A stretch of DNA of 64,000 nucleotides, taken from IMG/VR virus record IMGVR_UViG_3300047481_002482; one strand, written 5' to 3'. The translations under genes were made by a program, and so were the position numbers. Origin of the DNA: an uncultured virus (IMG/VR IMGVR_UViG_3300047481_002482) (Duplodnaviria > Heunggongvirae > Uroviricota > Caudoviricetes). Below, in pieces: positions 1-8,382 of this stretch. Below the pieces are notes generated by a model, which had not been told where the DNA came from, did no database searches, and worked only from the letters and a program-made list of their open reading frames with translations. Positions within the stretch are counted from its first letter, which is position 1. Each line of letters begins with the position of its first letter.

Positions 1-2
1 GC

Positions 3-770
3 ATGCGGAAACGACTCTCCATGCGTGACATCGAAGCCGAGCGCCCGCAAGGTGCGTTCCGTTTCAGAGTGACATTTCCGGATGGTCATGTCAATGACTA
101 CATGACCTTTGATGCCGCCCAGAAAGCAACCCAACTCGAAAAAGGTCGCATCTCCAAACTGAGCGAAGAACGCAAAGGTGCCAGCGCCAGGATAGAACGC
201 ATACTTAAGATGCTGCGGGCACGCCACCCCCAGGCCGAGAACGATCTCGAAGCGCTTATATTTGATTTCCGCGGCCAGCAGGCACAGGACCGCACTGATA
301 TCGCACGGCTCGATGCTGAAAACGACATGGAGGAGGCCGATATTGAGCGCCTGGAGAAGATGCTGGATCTGGTGCGCCGCCGCCGTGGCGCGTCTGCTGT
401 AGAACCCGCCATGGCCACAGAAAGCCTGCGTGATGGTGAATTCCACATCGCCACCGTTACTTTGGACGACGGCACCAAGAAAAAGGTACGCATCACCTCC
501 GACGAAGGATTCCGTAATCAAATCGAACGGCATTTCGAGCGCAAGGGCCAACGAGTCACGGACATAGATGTTGACTATGCAGTGCGTTCCGATCTCGACG
601 AAGCCAAGAAGAAACCACAGCCCACCAATCCTGAGCTGTGGGGCCGGGCCAAGAGCGCTGCCCGATCAAAGTTTGATGTGTATCCTTCGGCCTATGCCAA
701 TGCCTGGGCGGCCAAATGGTACAAATCAAAAGGTGGCGGCTGGCGCATGGGCAAACCAAAGAAAAAATAA
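3..770 (+). CDS. Probable head-associated/virion protein (may begin upstream of the window)
   Basis: 255-aa ORF with a coiled-coil segment and a basic C-terminal module (FDVYPSAYANAWAAKWYKSKGGGWR) following an LDE motif. Confidence 0.5.
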   Translation: MRKRLSMRDIEAERPQGAFRFRVTFPDGHVNDYMTFDAAQKATQLEKGRISKLSEERKGASARIERILKMLRARHPQAENDLEALIFDFRGQQAQDRTDIARLDAENDMEEADIERLEKMLDLVRRRRGASAVEPAMATESLRDGEFHIATVTLDDGTKKKVRITSDEGFRNQIERHFERKGQRVTDIDVDYAVRSDLDEAKKKPQPTNPELWGRAKSAARSKFDVYPSAYANAWAAKWYKSKGGGWRMGKPKKK

Positions 771-785
771 CCAAAGGAGCGGATC

Positions 786-923
786 ATGCAACAGTATAGA
801 TTCTGGGCCACTGTCACGGTCGCTGGCACAAAGCAGCGCCGAGAGTTTGTTTTCACCGCCGCCAGCTGGACCGAAGCCCGGCGCATGATGAGTGCTGCCA
901 TGAAACAACCTATACCGGCATGA
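786..923 (+). CDS. Small hypothetical protein, 45 aa (MQQYRFWATVTV...PIPA), not in ORF track
   Basis: AAGGAG RBS upstream; fills the gap; ATGA overlap with next gene. Confidence 0.75.
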   Translation: MQQYRFWATVTVAGTKQRREFVFTAASWTEARRMMSAAMKQPIPA

Positions 924-1435
924 GAGACCTGATCGATACAATCGATCGTATCTTGACCGAAGCCCGCGGAGGCAGCATCTCAGACTGGCAGAACCAAGAA
1001 CCCAAAGAGTTCGCACGCCATCTCATCAAGAAATTTGGTCAGCCAGCAGAAGAGACCGGCAGCCAGGCCACTTGGTATGCCCAAGATGGATTCAAGAAAA
1101 TCGTCGTGAAAGATGAATACATCCTCCATTGCTGTCCTGAACCACACTATGATTTTGTCTACAGCACTGTAGATCTCCATGTGCCCAAGAAATATGTGAG
1201 AGCCTTGGCCGACAGTTCCGAAAGCATCCTGCTGGACCTGCTCAAGAACGAAGTCACAGCCCGTTGTGCCACTCTCAGCGCCAATGCCGTGACTTTGAAC
1301 TATGTGATCGATGTTGTGGCGGGTCGCATCGACCCTAGCAAGTCAGAATACGAGCGCAGGATCAAAGCCATGAATCGGAACCGACTGGATCCAGATCCAG
1401 AATGGTGGCCTGATGTGACCAAAGAGATGAGGTGA
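920..1435 (+). CDS. Hypothetical protein with propeptide-like N-terminus
   Basis: 171 aa; MRDLIDTIDRILTE leader; overlaps neighbours. Confidence 0.7.
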   Translation: MRDLIDTIDRILTEARGGSISDWQNQEPKEFARHLIKKFGQPAEETGSQATWYAQDGFKKIVVKDEYILHCCPEPHYDFVYSTVDLHVPKKYVRALADSSESILLDLLKNEVTARCATLSANAVTLNYVIDVVAGRIDPSKSEYERRIKAMNRNRLDPDPEWWPDVTKEMR

Positions 1436-1443
1436 CCTTTATC

Positions 1444-2016
1444 ATGAGAGCACAAGAATTCGTGGTAGAGAAGTGGTCAGAACGCTACAAACGATCTATC
1501 AACTGTGCTCGGCCTCGCGGATTCAGCCAGCGTGCCCACTGTGCCGGCCGTAAGAAAAACGAAGATGTGTCAGAAGATCAAAGAATCTCGCGGCGTCCTG
1601 GTCAACCAACCAAATCCAAATTTCATAGCGACCTATACACTGATGAAAATCCACGCGGTACCATCCATGGGCTCCGATTTGCCTCAGAACAAGATGCCAG
1701 AGACAGTGTACACAAGATACGCGCCAGTGGACGCAGTCATGCGCATAAGATACAGGCAGCGGTGGCCATGGAACAGCGTGCCAAGACCGCTGGCAAGACG
1801 GCCGCTGCCGCGGTGTATCGTCGATATATCAACAAGATGAAAAAGAAAACCAAACAACGGCAGTTGGACGAACTACAGTTCCGCGGCAGTGAATGCACCC
1901 AGGACTGTTCGGGACATCGCGCTGGCTATGAATGGTGGCAGCGCAATCGCCGCACACCTCAGAGCCGGAGTGCCAGTTTTGATCGAGGCGCCGCCATCGC
2001 CGCGGCTGGTGGTTGA
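1444..2016 (+). CDS. Basic modular protein, probable head-associated
   Basis: MRAQEFVVE start; modules KWSERYKRSINC..P.GFSQRAHC, SDLYTDENP.GTI.GL.F, F.G..CT.DCSGHRAGY. Confidence 0.6.
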   Translation: MRAQEFVVEKWSERYKRSINCARPRGFSQRAHCAGRKKNEDVSEDQRISRRPGQPTKSKFHSDLYTDENPRGTIHGLRFASEQDARDSVHKIRASGRSHAHKIQAAVAMEQRAKTAGKTAAAAVYRRYINKMKKKTKQRQLDELQFRGSECTQDCSGHRAGYEWWQRNRRTPQSRSASFDRGAAIAAAGG

Positions 2017-2018
2017 CC

Positions 2019-2321
2019 ATGCGCGCCCATGAGTTTATAATGGAACGATATGAAGGTGGACTGCGAAAATGGTTCCGCCAGAAGTGGGTCAACATCGGAA
2101 AAAAGAAAGATGGTCGGCATCCGGAGTGCGGTACTTCTGGTGAAAAGAGTGGTTATGCAAAATGTGTGCCTGCAGCCAAAGCCCGTTCCATGAGCACAGC
2201 AGAAAAGAAAAGCGCGGTCACACGCAAGCGTCGGGCGCAGAGCGCGGCAGGTCGAGCAGGCAAGAGTTCTGGCAGCACAGGCAAGGCACCAATCCGTGTG
2301 TCCACAGCACCCAAGAAATGA
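2019..2321 (+). CDS. Small basic protein, probable head-associated
   Basis: MRAHEFIME start; GGLRKWF..KWVNI...C...KCVP module. Confidence 0.6.
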   Translation: MRAHEFIMERYEGGLRKWFRQKWVNIGKKKDGRHPECGTSGEKSGYAKCVPAAKARSMSTAEKKSAVTRKRRAQSAAGRAGKSSGSTGKAPIRVSTAPKK

Positions 2322-2322
2322 A

Positions 2323-2400
2323 ATGAATCCAGATCAATATCCTGTGTGGCCTGACCCAGATGGCGCAGATCGGCCGACCAATCCCTACTCATCTGCATGA
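2323..2400 (+). CDS. Putative 25-aa microprotein (MNPDQYPVWPDPDGADRPTNPYSSA)
   Basis: Bridges the stop at 2321 to the ATG at 2397 with ATGA coupling. Confidence 0.5.
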   Translation: MNPDQYPVWPDPDGADRPTNPYSSA

Positions 2401-2627
2401 ATCAAGATCGACCCTATATCTACGAATCACCCGATTCCGGAGATACCATCTATCGCAGGTTGGCCGGCACCAATCAACGCGAGCTTGTGCGAGAAGGACC
2501 ATTACGGCAAAAAATGCTGAGGAATCAACTGTGGCAACAGATCTTCCGGGCCGCAGAAACAGACCCTGTGCTCCAACACATGCTGGAACAGATCGAAGTT
2601 TATCACAGACTCAAGGATCAGCCTTAG
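2397..2627 (+). CDS. Hypothetical protein
   Basis: 76 aa; YIYESPDSGDTIYRR motif. Confidence 0.7.
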   Translation: MNQDRPYIYESPDSGDTIYRRLAGTNQRELVREGPLRQKMLRNQLWQQIFRAAETDPVLQHMLEQIEVYHRLKDQP

Positions 2628-2703
2628 GACCGTTAGAACCCGAGGCCGGTGGGCGGCTGCTGCCCCGTGTCCAGGACTCGCTACCCTTGGGCAGGAAGTG
2701 AGC
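2621..2703 (+). ncRNA. Candidate structured cis-regulatory RNA (pseudoknotted)
   Basis: GC-rich intergenic segment; stems 2651-55/2661-65 and 2668-75/2685-93; loop CTCGCT 2677-82 complementary to AGTGAG 2697-2702. Confidence 0.45.
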
Positions 2704-2725
2704 ATTTTACAACAGAGATTAATCA

Positions 2726-3844
2726 ATGCTGAGTTTTGATCCACCCGCTGCGAATTTTTGTATGGCCCCCTGGACAAACATCCACATCGGCACGATGGAA
2801 AATCTCCAACCGTGTTGCGCTGGTGCTGGCATCAACTATGACATCGCGCAACTGCCGATCTATACGAGCGAAAATAATCAAGATTTATTAGCGATCAAAA
2901 AACATTTTTCTCAGAATCAGGAACCTCCGAACTGCCAAGGTTGCCAAGAACGCAATTGGTATTCTCAATTTTACCTTCAGGCACCAAAGGGTCTCAACGA
3001 TTTTACACTGCTCAGTGTGGATCTGAGATGGTCGAACACCTGTCAACTTAACTGCATGTATTGTAACGCAGCACAAAGCAGTTCTTGGGCAGCCTTGGAA
3101 CAAAAACATTCAACCACGATACCCATTGCCAGCAGGATTCGTGACCGAGATGCCTTGATCGATTTCATCGCTCAACACAAATCTACCATACAACGTGTGA
3201 GTCTGCTGGGCGGCGAACCGTTGTTGATCAAAGAAAACATCCGGCTATTGGAACTGTTGGGCAAGGATATCGAAGTAAATATTTTCTCCGGACTCAATGT
3301 TGATCTCGAAACCAATGCTGTTTACGAGACGCTGATTAAGATGCCAAATGTTTACTGGACTGTGAGCATGGAAAATGTTGGAGAAAAGTTCGAATTTGTG
3401 CGACGCGGATCATCCTGGAGCCGGCAAGTGAAAAATATAGATAACCTATTGTCAAATAATCAAAGTAGATACACTGTTAACTTGCAAAGTCAGTTCTGTG
3501 CCTATTCGGCCACCTCAATGACTGAGTTATATGAGTTTGTGCGCGCACGCGATATCAAAATAAATTGGAATTGGTTAGATCATCCAAACGCGCTGGATTT
3601 TTCAGATTTTCCAGATCATCACAAATTGATGGCCTTGGAGCAGTTACAAAAGGTCAAATCTGTTCCAAACAAGTTTTCATATGAACCCCAAGTTGACGAT
3701 ATAATTAAAAGGATAAATGCTGGTCTAGGACACGGCAACCAGGAGCAGGTGGCAAGGTGTAGGCAATGGCATCGAGACATAGAATCACGCTATTTTGAGG
3801 ACCGACTTGATTTTGTGGCTCTCTGGCCAGAATTTGCCGATTGA
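2726..3844 (+). CDS. Radical SAM protein with extra Cys-rich N-terminal domain
   Basis: CQLNCMYC motif, GGEP motif, N-terminal CMAPW...PCC...CQGC. Confidence 0.85.
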   Translation: MLSFDPPAANFCMAPWTNIHIGTMENLQPCCAGAGINYDIAQLPIYTSENNQDLLAIKKHFSQNQEPPNCQGCQERNWYSQFYLQAPKGLNDFTLLSVDLRWSNTCQLNCMYCNAAQSSSWAALEQKHSTTIPIASRIRDRDALIDFIAQHKSTIQRVSLLGGEPLLIKENIRLLELLGKDIEVNIFSGLNVDLETNAVYETLIKMPNVYWTVSMENVGEKFEFVRRGSSWSRQVKNIDNLLSNNQSRYTVNLQSQFCAYSATSMTELYEFVRARDIKINWNWLDHPNALDFSDFPDHHKLMALEQLQKVKSVPNKFSYEPQVDDIIKRINAGLGHGNQEQVARCRQWHRDIESRYFEDRLDFVALWPEFAD

Positions 3845-3893
3845 TGCAGGATAATCGGCATATATATGTTCATCTAAACAAATAAATGAGACC

Positions 3894-4949
3894 ATGTTAT
3901 CATCTTACTGTAATTTTGACCCCCTCAACGAAATCTGGCTAGGTGATGTGTATCCTACTGAATTTTTTGATCGATGCAAAAATCTCCAGAATATTGACGC
4001 TATCAAATACATCAATGATATCACTCTAGAAGATCTTGACGCAATAGAAACAACGCTGCGTAATTTGGGTGTCCGGGTCAGCCGACCAAAGTTTACAACC
4101 AACGCCGAAGATTACATGGATGCAAATGGTAACCTTCTCAAGCCACCTATCACGCCCAGAGATGAAACCATGATGCTTGGCAATATACTGTATCATCTCC
4201 GAAATGTGTATCCTACTGACCCCTGGCAACAACATCTAGATCGGTATCGTCTAACCAACTGCGTGATCACGGCTCCTCATCTGGCCGGATTCGGTCATAT
4301 TGTGCCTCCAAGCATCGTGCGTCTTGGCAAAGATATCTTTATCGACCGAGACAGCCACGAACATTGCTGGGAACAAATTGAAAAATATTGCTTGCCTTTT
4401 TGGCAAGCAGATTTCCGTGTGCATGTCTGTCATACTAGAGGCCACAGTGACAGCGTGTTTTGCGCTCTAGCACCTGGCAAGATCATAACCAGCCATTGGA
4501 AACCTGATCTAAGTCAAGAGTTTCCGGGCTGGGACATCCTGAAATTGCCCTGGCGACCAGTCAACGCCAAAGAAATATACTTCAGTGGAAATTTTGAAAA
4601 AAATTGGCATATCGATGATCCTGCTATGATGGTTAAAATCACCGCGTTCAATGCCACCATAGACGATTTTGCTCTGCAATGGATTGGTACTTCATTGGAA
4701 ACTGTATATGAAGTCAACAGCCTCATGATCAATCCCGGTCTCATTGTGACCACAGGCGAACCTCCGGAAAAAGTACGGACCTGGTTGAAAGCCTGCAACA
4801 TCGATTATGTGGCTGTGAATTTTAGGACCAAGGGTTTTTGGGACAGCGGTATACATTGTCTCACCGTAGATATCGATCGAGACCGCAGCAATACTGATCT
4901 TTTTCCAGAACTCGATCAGACTCTGATCTATCATGGTGAACCCACGTGA
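3894..4949 (+). CDS. Amidinotransferase-family protein
   Basis: PRD motif, GHSD, C-terminal SGIHC catalytic Cys motif. Confidence 0.75.
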   Translation: MLSSYCNFDPLNEIWLGDVYPTEFFDRCKNLQNIDAIKYINDITLEDLDAIETTLRNLGVRVSRPKFTTNAEDYMDANGNLLKPPITPRDETMMLGNILYHLRNVYPTDPWQQHLDRYRLTNCVITAPHLAGFGHIVPPSIVRLGKDIFIDRDSHEHCWEQIEKYCLPFWQADFRVHVCHTRGHSDSVFCALAPGKIITSHWKPDLSQEFPGWDILKLPWRPVNAKEIYFSGNFEKNWHIDDPAMMVKITAFNATIDDFALQWIGTSLETVYEVNSLMINPGLIVTTGEPPEKVRTWLKACNIDYVAVNFRTKGFWDSGIHCLTVDIDRDRSNTDLFPELDQTLIYHGEPT

Positions 4950-5602
4950 GTTTTGGCGTGATAGACGATGTGCTTGATCAAAGGTGTGTGCAAAGCATTC
5001 TGTCTATTTGCCATGAGTTCCGACACACCACTGGATACTTCCTGAGACGCAAAGACCCTCTGTGTGCAAAACTACGGCAGTTTGTGATGCCAGCAATCAA
5101 TCGTGTTGAAAATGGTGATCATTATTACAAAAGCATGTTTCTGGATATAGATGCCCCAGGTGGTGCACACGTGGACGAATATTACGATCGTAGTGCTCGT
5201 AACACTTATATTTTTCCATTGCACATTGAGTACACAGATATAAACAGCGCAGGCTACACCAGCACGCTGGTCTTCAATGAATGTTATCACAGTGATTATC
5301 AACCCACCGATGACAGGTATGATATCAGTCCTTTTTTTCCATCGGCCCCAGATCAAGAGGATGGGTGTCATGACATGAGTCAAAAGCTCGTAGGTGCTAT
5401 GTTTTTCGACCGTGAAGAATCTCAGCACAAGTTAAAAAAACTCAGTATTGCTGCGATTTTGCCATGGCGGATCGGCAGCATGATATATTTTGGTCGTAAT
5501 CAGATACATGGTAGCAACAATTTCTACAAAACCAACGTATGTAAAAAACAAGCATTGGTAGTTTTTACCACCAATGACCCTATATCGGATGAACTATGGT
5601 AA
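4946..5602 (+). CDS. Hypothetical protein, possible 2OG-Fe(II) oxygenase fold
   Basis: HxD (AHVD) plus distal H (W..G..I.F...QIH). Confidence 0.45.
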   Translation: MSFGVIDDVLDQRCVQSILSICHEFRHTTGYFLRRKDPLCAKLRQFVMPAINRVENGDHYYKSMFLDIDAPGGAHVDEYYDRSARNTYIFPLHIEYTDINSAGYTSTLVFNECYHSDYQPTDDRYDISPFFPSAPDQEDGCHDMSQKLVGAMFFDREESQHKLKKLSIAAILPWRIGSMIYFGRNQIHGSNNFYKTNVCKKQALVVFTTNDPISDELW

Positions 5603-5607
5603 ACACT

Positions 5608-6903
5608 ATGTCACATTCTATCACACCCAACCATCGAGTGGCGGATCTTGGTTTAGCTGCCTGGGGACACAGAGAAATCGCTATCGCTGAGACCGAGATG
5701 CCTGGGCTCATGGCAGTGCGAGACAAATATGCCGATCAACAACCTCTGCTGGGTGCACGCATCGTAGGCAGCCTACACATGACCATCCAGACCGCTGTGC
5801 TGATCAAGGTGCTCGTAGCTCTGGGTGCCGAGGTGCGCTGGAGTTCCTGTAACATTTTCTCTACACAGAATCATGCTGCTGCAGCCATCGCTGATCTTGG
5901 TATCCCGGTCTGGGCCTGGAAAGGCGAGACCGAAGAGGAGTACTGGTGGTGCATCGATCAGACCATCGAAGGTTGGCAACCCAATCTCATACTAGATGAC
6001 GGACACGATCTAACGGATCGTATATTCACACGCTATCCCGAACTGGTATCCGACATCCTTGGTGTCAGCGAAGAGACCACCACTGGCATCCTGCGCCTGC
6101 GCGAACGTGCTGCCCGTGGTGAACTGCCGATACCAGCTATCAATGTGAACGATTCTGTGACAAAATCCAAGTTTGACAATCTCTATGGCTGCCGTGAAAG
6201 CCTGGTAGATGGCATCAAGCGCGCCACCGACGTCATGATTGCAGGCAAGGTGGCAGTCGTGGCTGGCTACGGCGACGTTGGCAAGGGCTCTGCCCAGGCC
6301 CTGCGCGCCCTCTCCGCCCAGGTCTGGGTCACCGAGGTCGACCCCATCTGCGCGCTTCAAGCCGCGATGGAGGGATACCGCGTGGTTACCATGGAATACG
6401 CCGCCGATAAAGCGGACATTTTTGTCACAGCCACTGGCAACATCAATGTGATAACCAAGGCACACATGGATCTCATGAAGGATCAGGCCATCGTTTGCAA
6501 CATCGGTCACTTCGACAACGAGATTGATGTAGCTGCCCTGTCTGACCTAGAGTGGGAGGAGATCAAACCACAAGTGGATCATGTGATCTGGCCTGATGGA
6601 AAAAGGATCATTTTATTGGCTCGAGGTCGGTTGGTAAATCTGGGCTGTGCCACTGGTCATCCCAGTTTCGTCATGTCAACATCATTCACTAATCAGGTCC
6701 TGGCACAGATCGAACTATGGCAGAATCATGCCAAATATAGTGCAGGAGAGATCTCGGTTCTACCCAAGCATCTTGATGAGGAGGTAGCACGATTACACCT
6801 TGGCAAGATCGGCGCCAATTTAACGTTGCTTACAGAACAACAGGCAGATTACATCAAAGTACCATTGCGGGGACCCTTCAAAGCGGACCATTATAGATAT
6901 TGA
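5608..6903 (+). CDS. ahcY: Adenosylhomocysteinase (SAH hydrolase)
   Basis: [45 protein letters not shown]-terminal HYRY. Confidence 0.98.
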   Translation: MSHSITPNHRVADLGLAAWGHREIAIAETEMPGLMAVRDKYADQQPLLGARIVGSLHMTIQTAVLIKVLVALGAEVRWSSCNIFSTQNHAAAAIADLGIPVWAWKGETEEEYWWCIDQTIEGWQPNLILDDGHDLTDRIFTRYPELVSDILGVSEETTTGILRLRERAARGELPIPAINVNDSVTKSKFDNLYGCRESLVDGIKRATDVMIAGKVAVVAGYGDVGKGSAQALRALSAQVWVTEVDPICALQAAMEGYRVVTMEYAADKADIFVTATGNINVITKAHMDLMKDQAIVCNIGHFDNEIDVAALSDLEWEEIKPQVDHVIWPDGKRIILLARGRLVNLGCATGHPSFVMSTSFTNQVLAQIELWQNHAKYSAGEISVLPKHLDEEVARLHLGKIGANLTLLTEQQADYIKVPLRGPFKADHYRY

Positions 6904-6908
6904 TCTAG

Positions 6909-7988
6909 ATGGATCTACTGCCCCAGAACTTGCAGCAGCAGTGGTGCGATTTGCCAGATCATGTACGATCTATGCTCGGATTTCCAGATATCGATTTTGG
7001 TAAGACCTGGGTTTGTTTCAACGTGCAAAATGTCAGCGACATCAGTTTGCCCGCAAATGCTGATCGAGTTGTAGTAACCTATCATACAGAATATCTCAAA
7101 CACGACGACCTGCTGAGGTTTTTTTCGCTGTATCCGGACATAGAATTTTTGCTGCTCACGGACTGGCAAAACGGTTCGGCCGGTCTTCCTTGGCCTCAGA
7201 ATGTAACCTACGCCAGGTGGGTGACCTGGCACCATCAGATCGATGCAATCCGGAACCAATACGGAATAAACGCTGACATCAGGCGTCCCCATCACAAAGT
7301 CAGTTCACTGTCATTCCAACACGAGTTCCACAAGGCCGCGGTGACCGCGTATTTGATGCGAAATATTCCCGCCAGCGACATGATACTATCTTGGTGGAAC
7401 GTGAAATCAGCAGGCAGACTGTATTATCTGGACACAGGATATTTTTTACCATCTGACATAGCAGATTTGGTGCTGGACAAAAATTTTCAGAATATAGATA
7501 ACATCCCACTTGACAGTTTTGATAACACACCCATGAACAACAGCGCATGGGCTCATCCGGCTTATCTCGACTGCCTTTTCAACTGTTCCAATGAATCAAT
7601 CTATAACGATTTTTGCATGATCGACGACCGCTCTTATAAATTGCCGTGGCCTTATGTCACTGAAAAAACTTGGAAACCATTGCTGGCCGGCCGGGCTTTT
7701 ATTCCAGTGGGCCAGAGCGGCACCCTGGAATCTTTGACAAAGTTAGGGTTGCGTTTCATACCACAGATGATGGATATCGACAAGGTGCCAACCGAATTCG
7801 ACAGAATTTTTGCGGTATGGCGTGCCATAGATTGGATCAATGACCATAGCATCGACGATCTTTTTGATCTCACATGGCCTAGCACTGAACACAACCTTGA
7901 CTGGATAGGCAAAGGTCATTTCGCGCAACGTTGCAACAGCAGCAATGATCTGGCAAAATACAAAATCCAAGACTGGTTGCGCGCATGA
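6909..7988 (+). CDS. Glycosyltransferase-like protein (TEKTxKP family)
   Basis: NES...VTEKTWKPLL.G..FIP.G motif shared with 18746 and 62242. Confidence 0.5.
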   Translation: MDLLPQNLQQQWCDLPDHVRSMLGFPDIDFGKTWVCFNVQNVSDISLPANADRVVVTYHTEYLKHDDLLRFFSLYPDIEFLLLTDWQNGSAGLPWPQNVTYARWVTWHHQIDAIRNQYGINADIRRPHHKVSSLSFQHEFHKAAVTAYLMRNIPASDMILSWWNVKSAGRLYYLDTGYFLPSDIADLVLDKNFQNIDNIPLDSFDNTPMNNSAWAHPAYLDCLFNCSNESIYNDFCMIDDRSYKLPWPYVTEKTWKPLLAGRAFIPVGQSGTLESLTKLGLRFIPQMMDIDKVPTEFDRIFAVWRAIDWINDHSIDDLFDLTWPSTEHNLDWIGKGHFAQRCNSSNDLAKYKIQDWLRA

Positions 7989-8048
7989 AAATCATGTTGA
8001 CAATGATAATTTTTGGATATACAATGTGACTTACATAAAGGAAAACAC

Positions 8049-8309
8049 ATGGACACTCGTAATTTTTCAGCAGAACAAAAAGCCAAACTTACAAAGATGG
8101 TTAATGAGGGCATGCAGGTCATGCACGAAGTAGAAACCTTGAATAGTGGTCTCTCAGACACCATCAAAGCCGTGGCAGAAGAACTCGAGATCAAACCTAA
8201 CATCCTCAAGAAAGCCATCCGCCTGGCTCATAAAGCTGAATTTGGCCGAGAGCAGCAGGATCATGCATTGTTGGAAACAATCCTGACCACGGTTGGTAAA
8301 ACTTTATAA
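8049..8309 (+). CDS. Small dsDNA-binding protein (T4 DsbA/GapR-like)
   Basis: 86-aa helical protein, IKAVAEELEIKPNILKKAI; AAGGA RBS; next to polymerase. Confidence 0.55.
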   Translation: MDTRNFSAEQKAKLTKMVNEGMQVMHEVETLNSGLSDTIKAVAEELEIKPNILKKAIRLAHKAEFGREQQDHALLETILTTVGKTL

Positions 8310-8325
8310 ATATTCTACAATGCTC

Positions 8326-8382
8326 GAGTCGCTGGCGTAACCAGCATGAATCAAGGCAAACCGGCCACAAACGGAGAACACT
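8326..8382 (+). promoter_or_regulatory. Structured 5' leader of polymerase gene (hairpin plus pseudoknot over RBS)
   Basis: GCTGG-cgtaa-CCAGC hairpin; GGC/GCC and CCG/CGG pairings overlap GGAG; TATAAATA at 8305-8312. Confidence 0.45.

Noticed and set aside
2360..2701. 113-aa track ORF
   Set aside because: Overlaps the better-supported 2323 and 2397 ORFs and the structured RNA candidate
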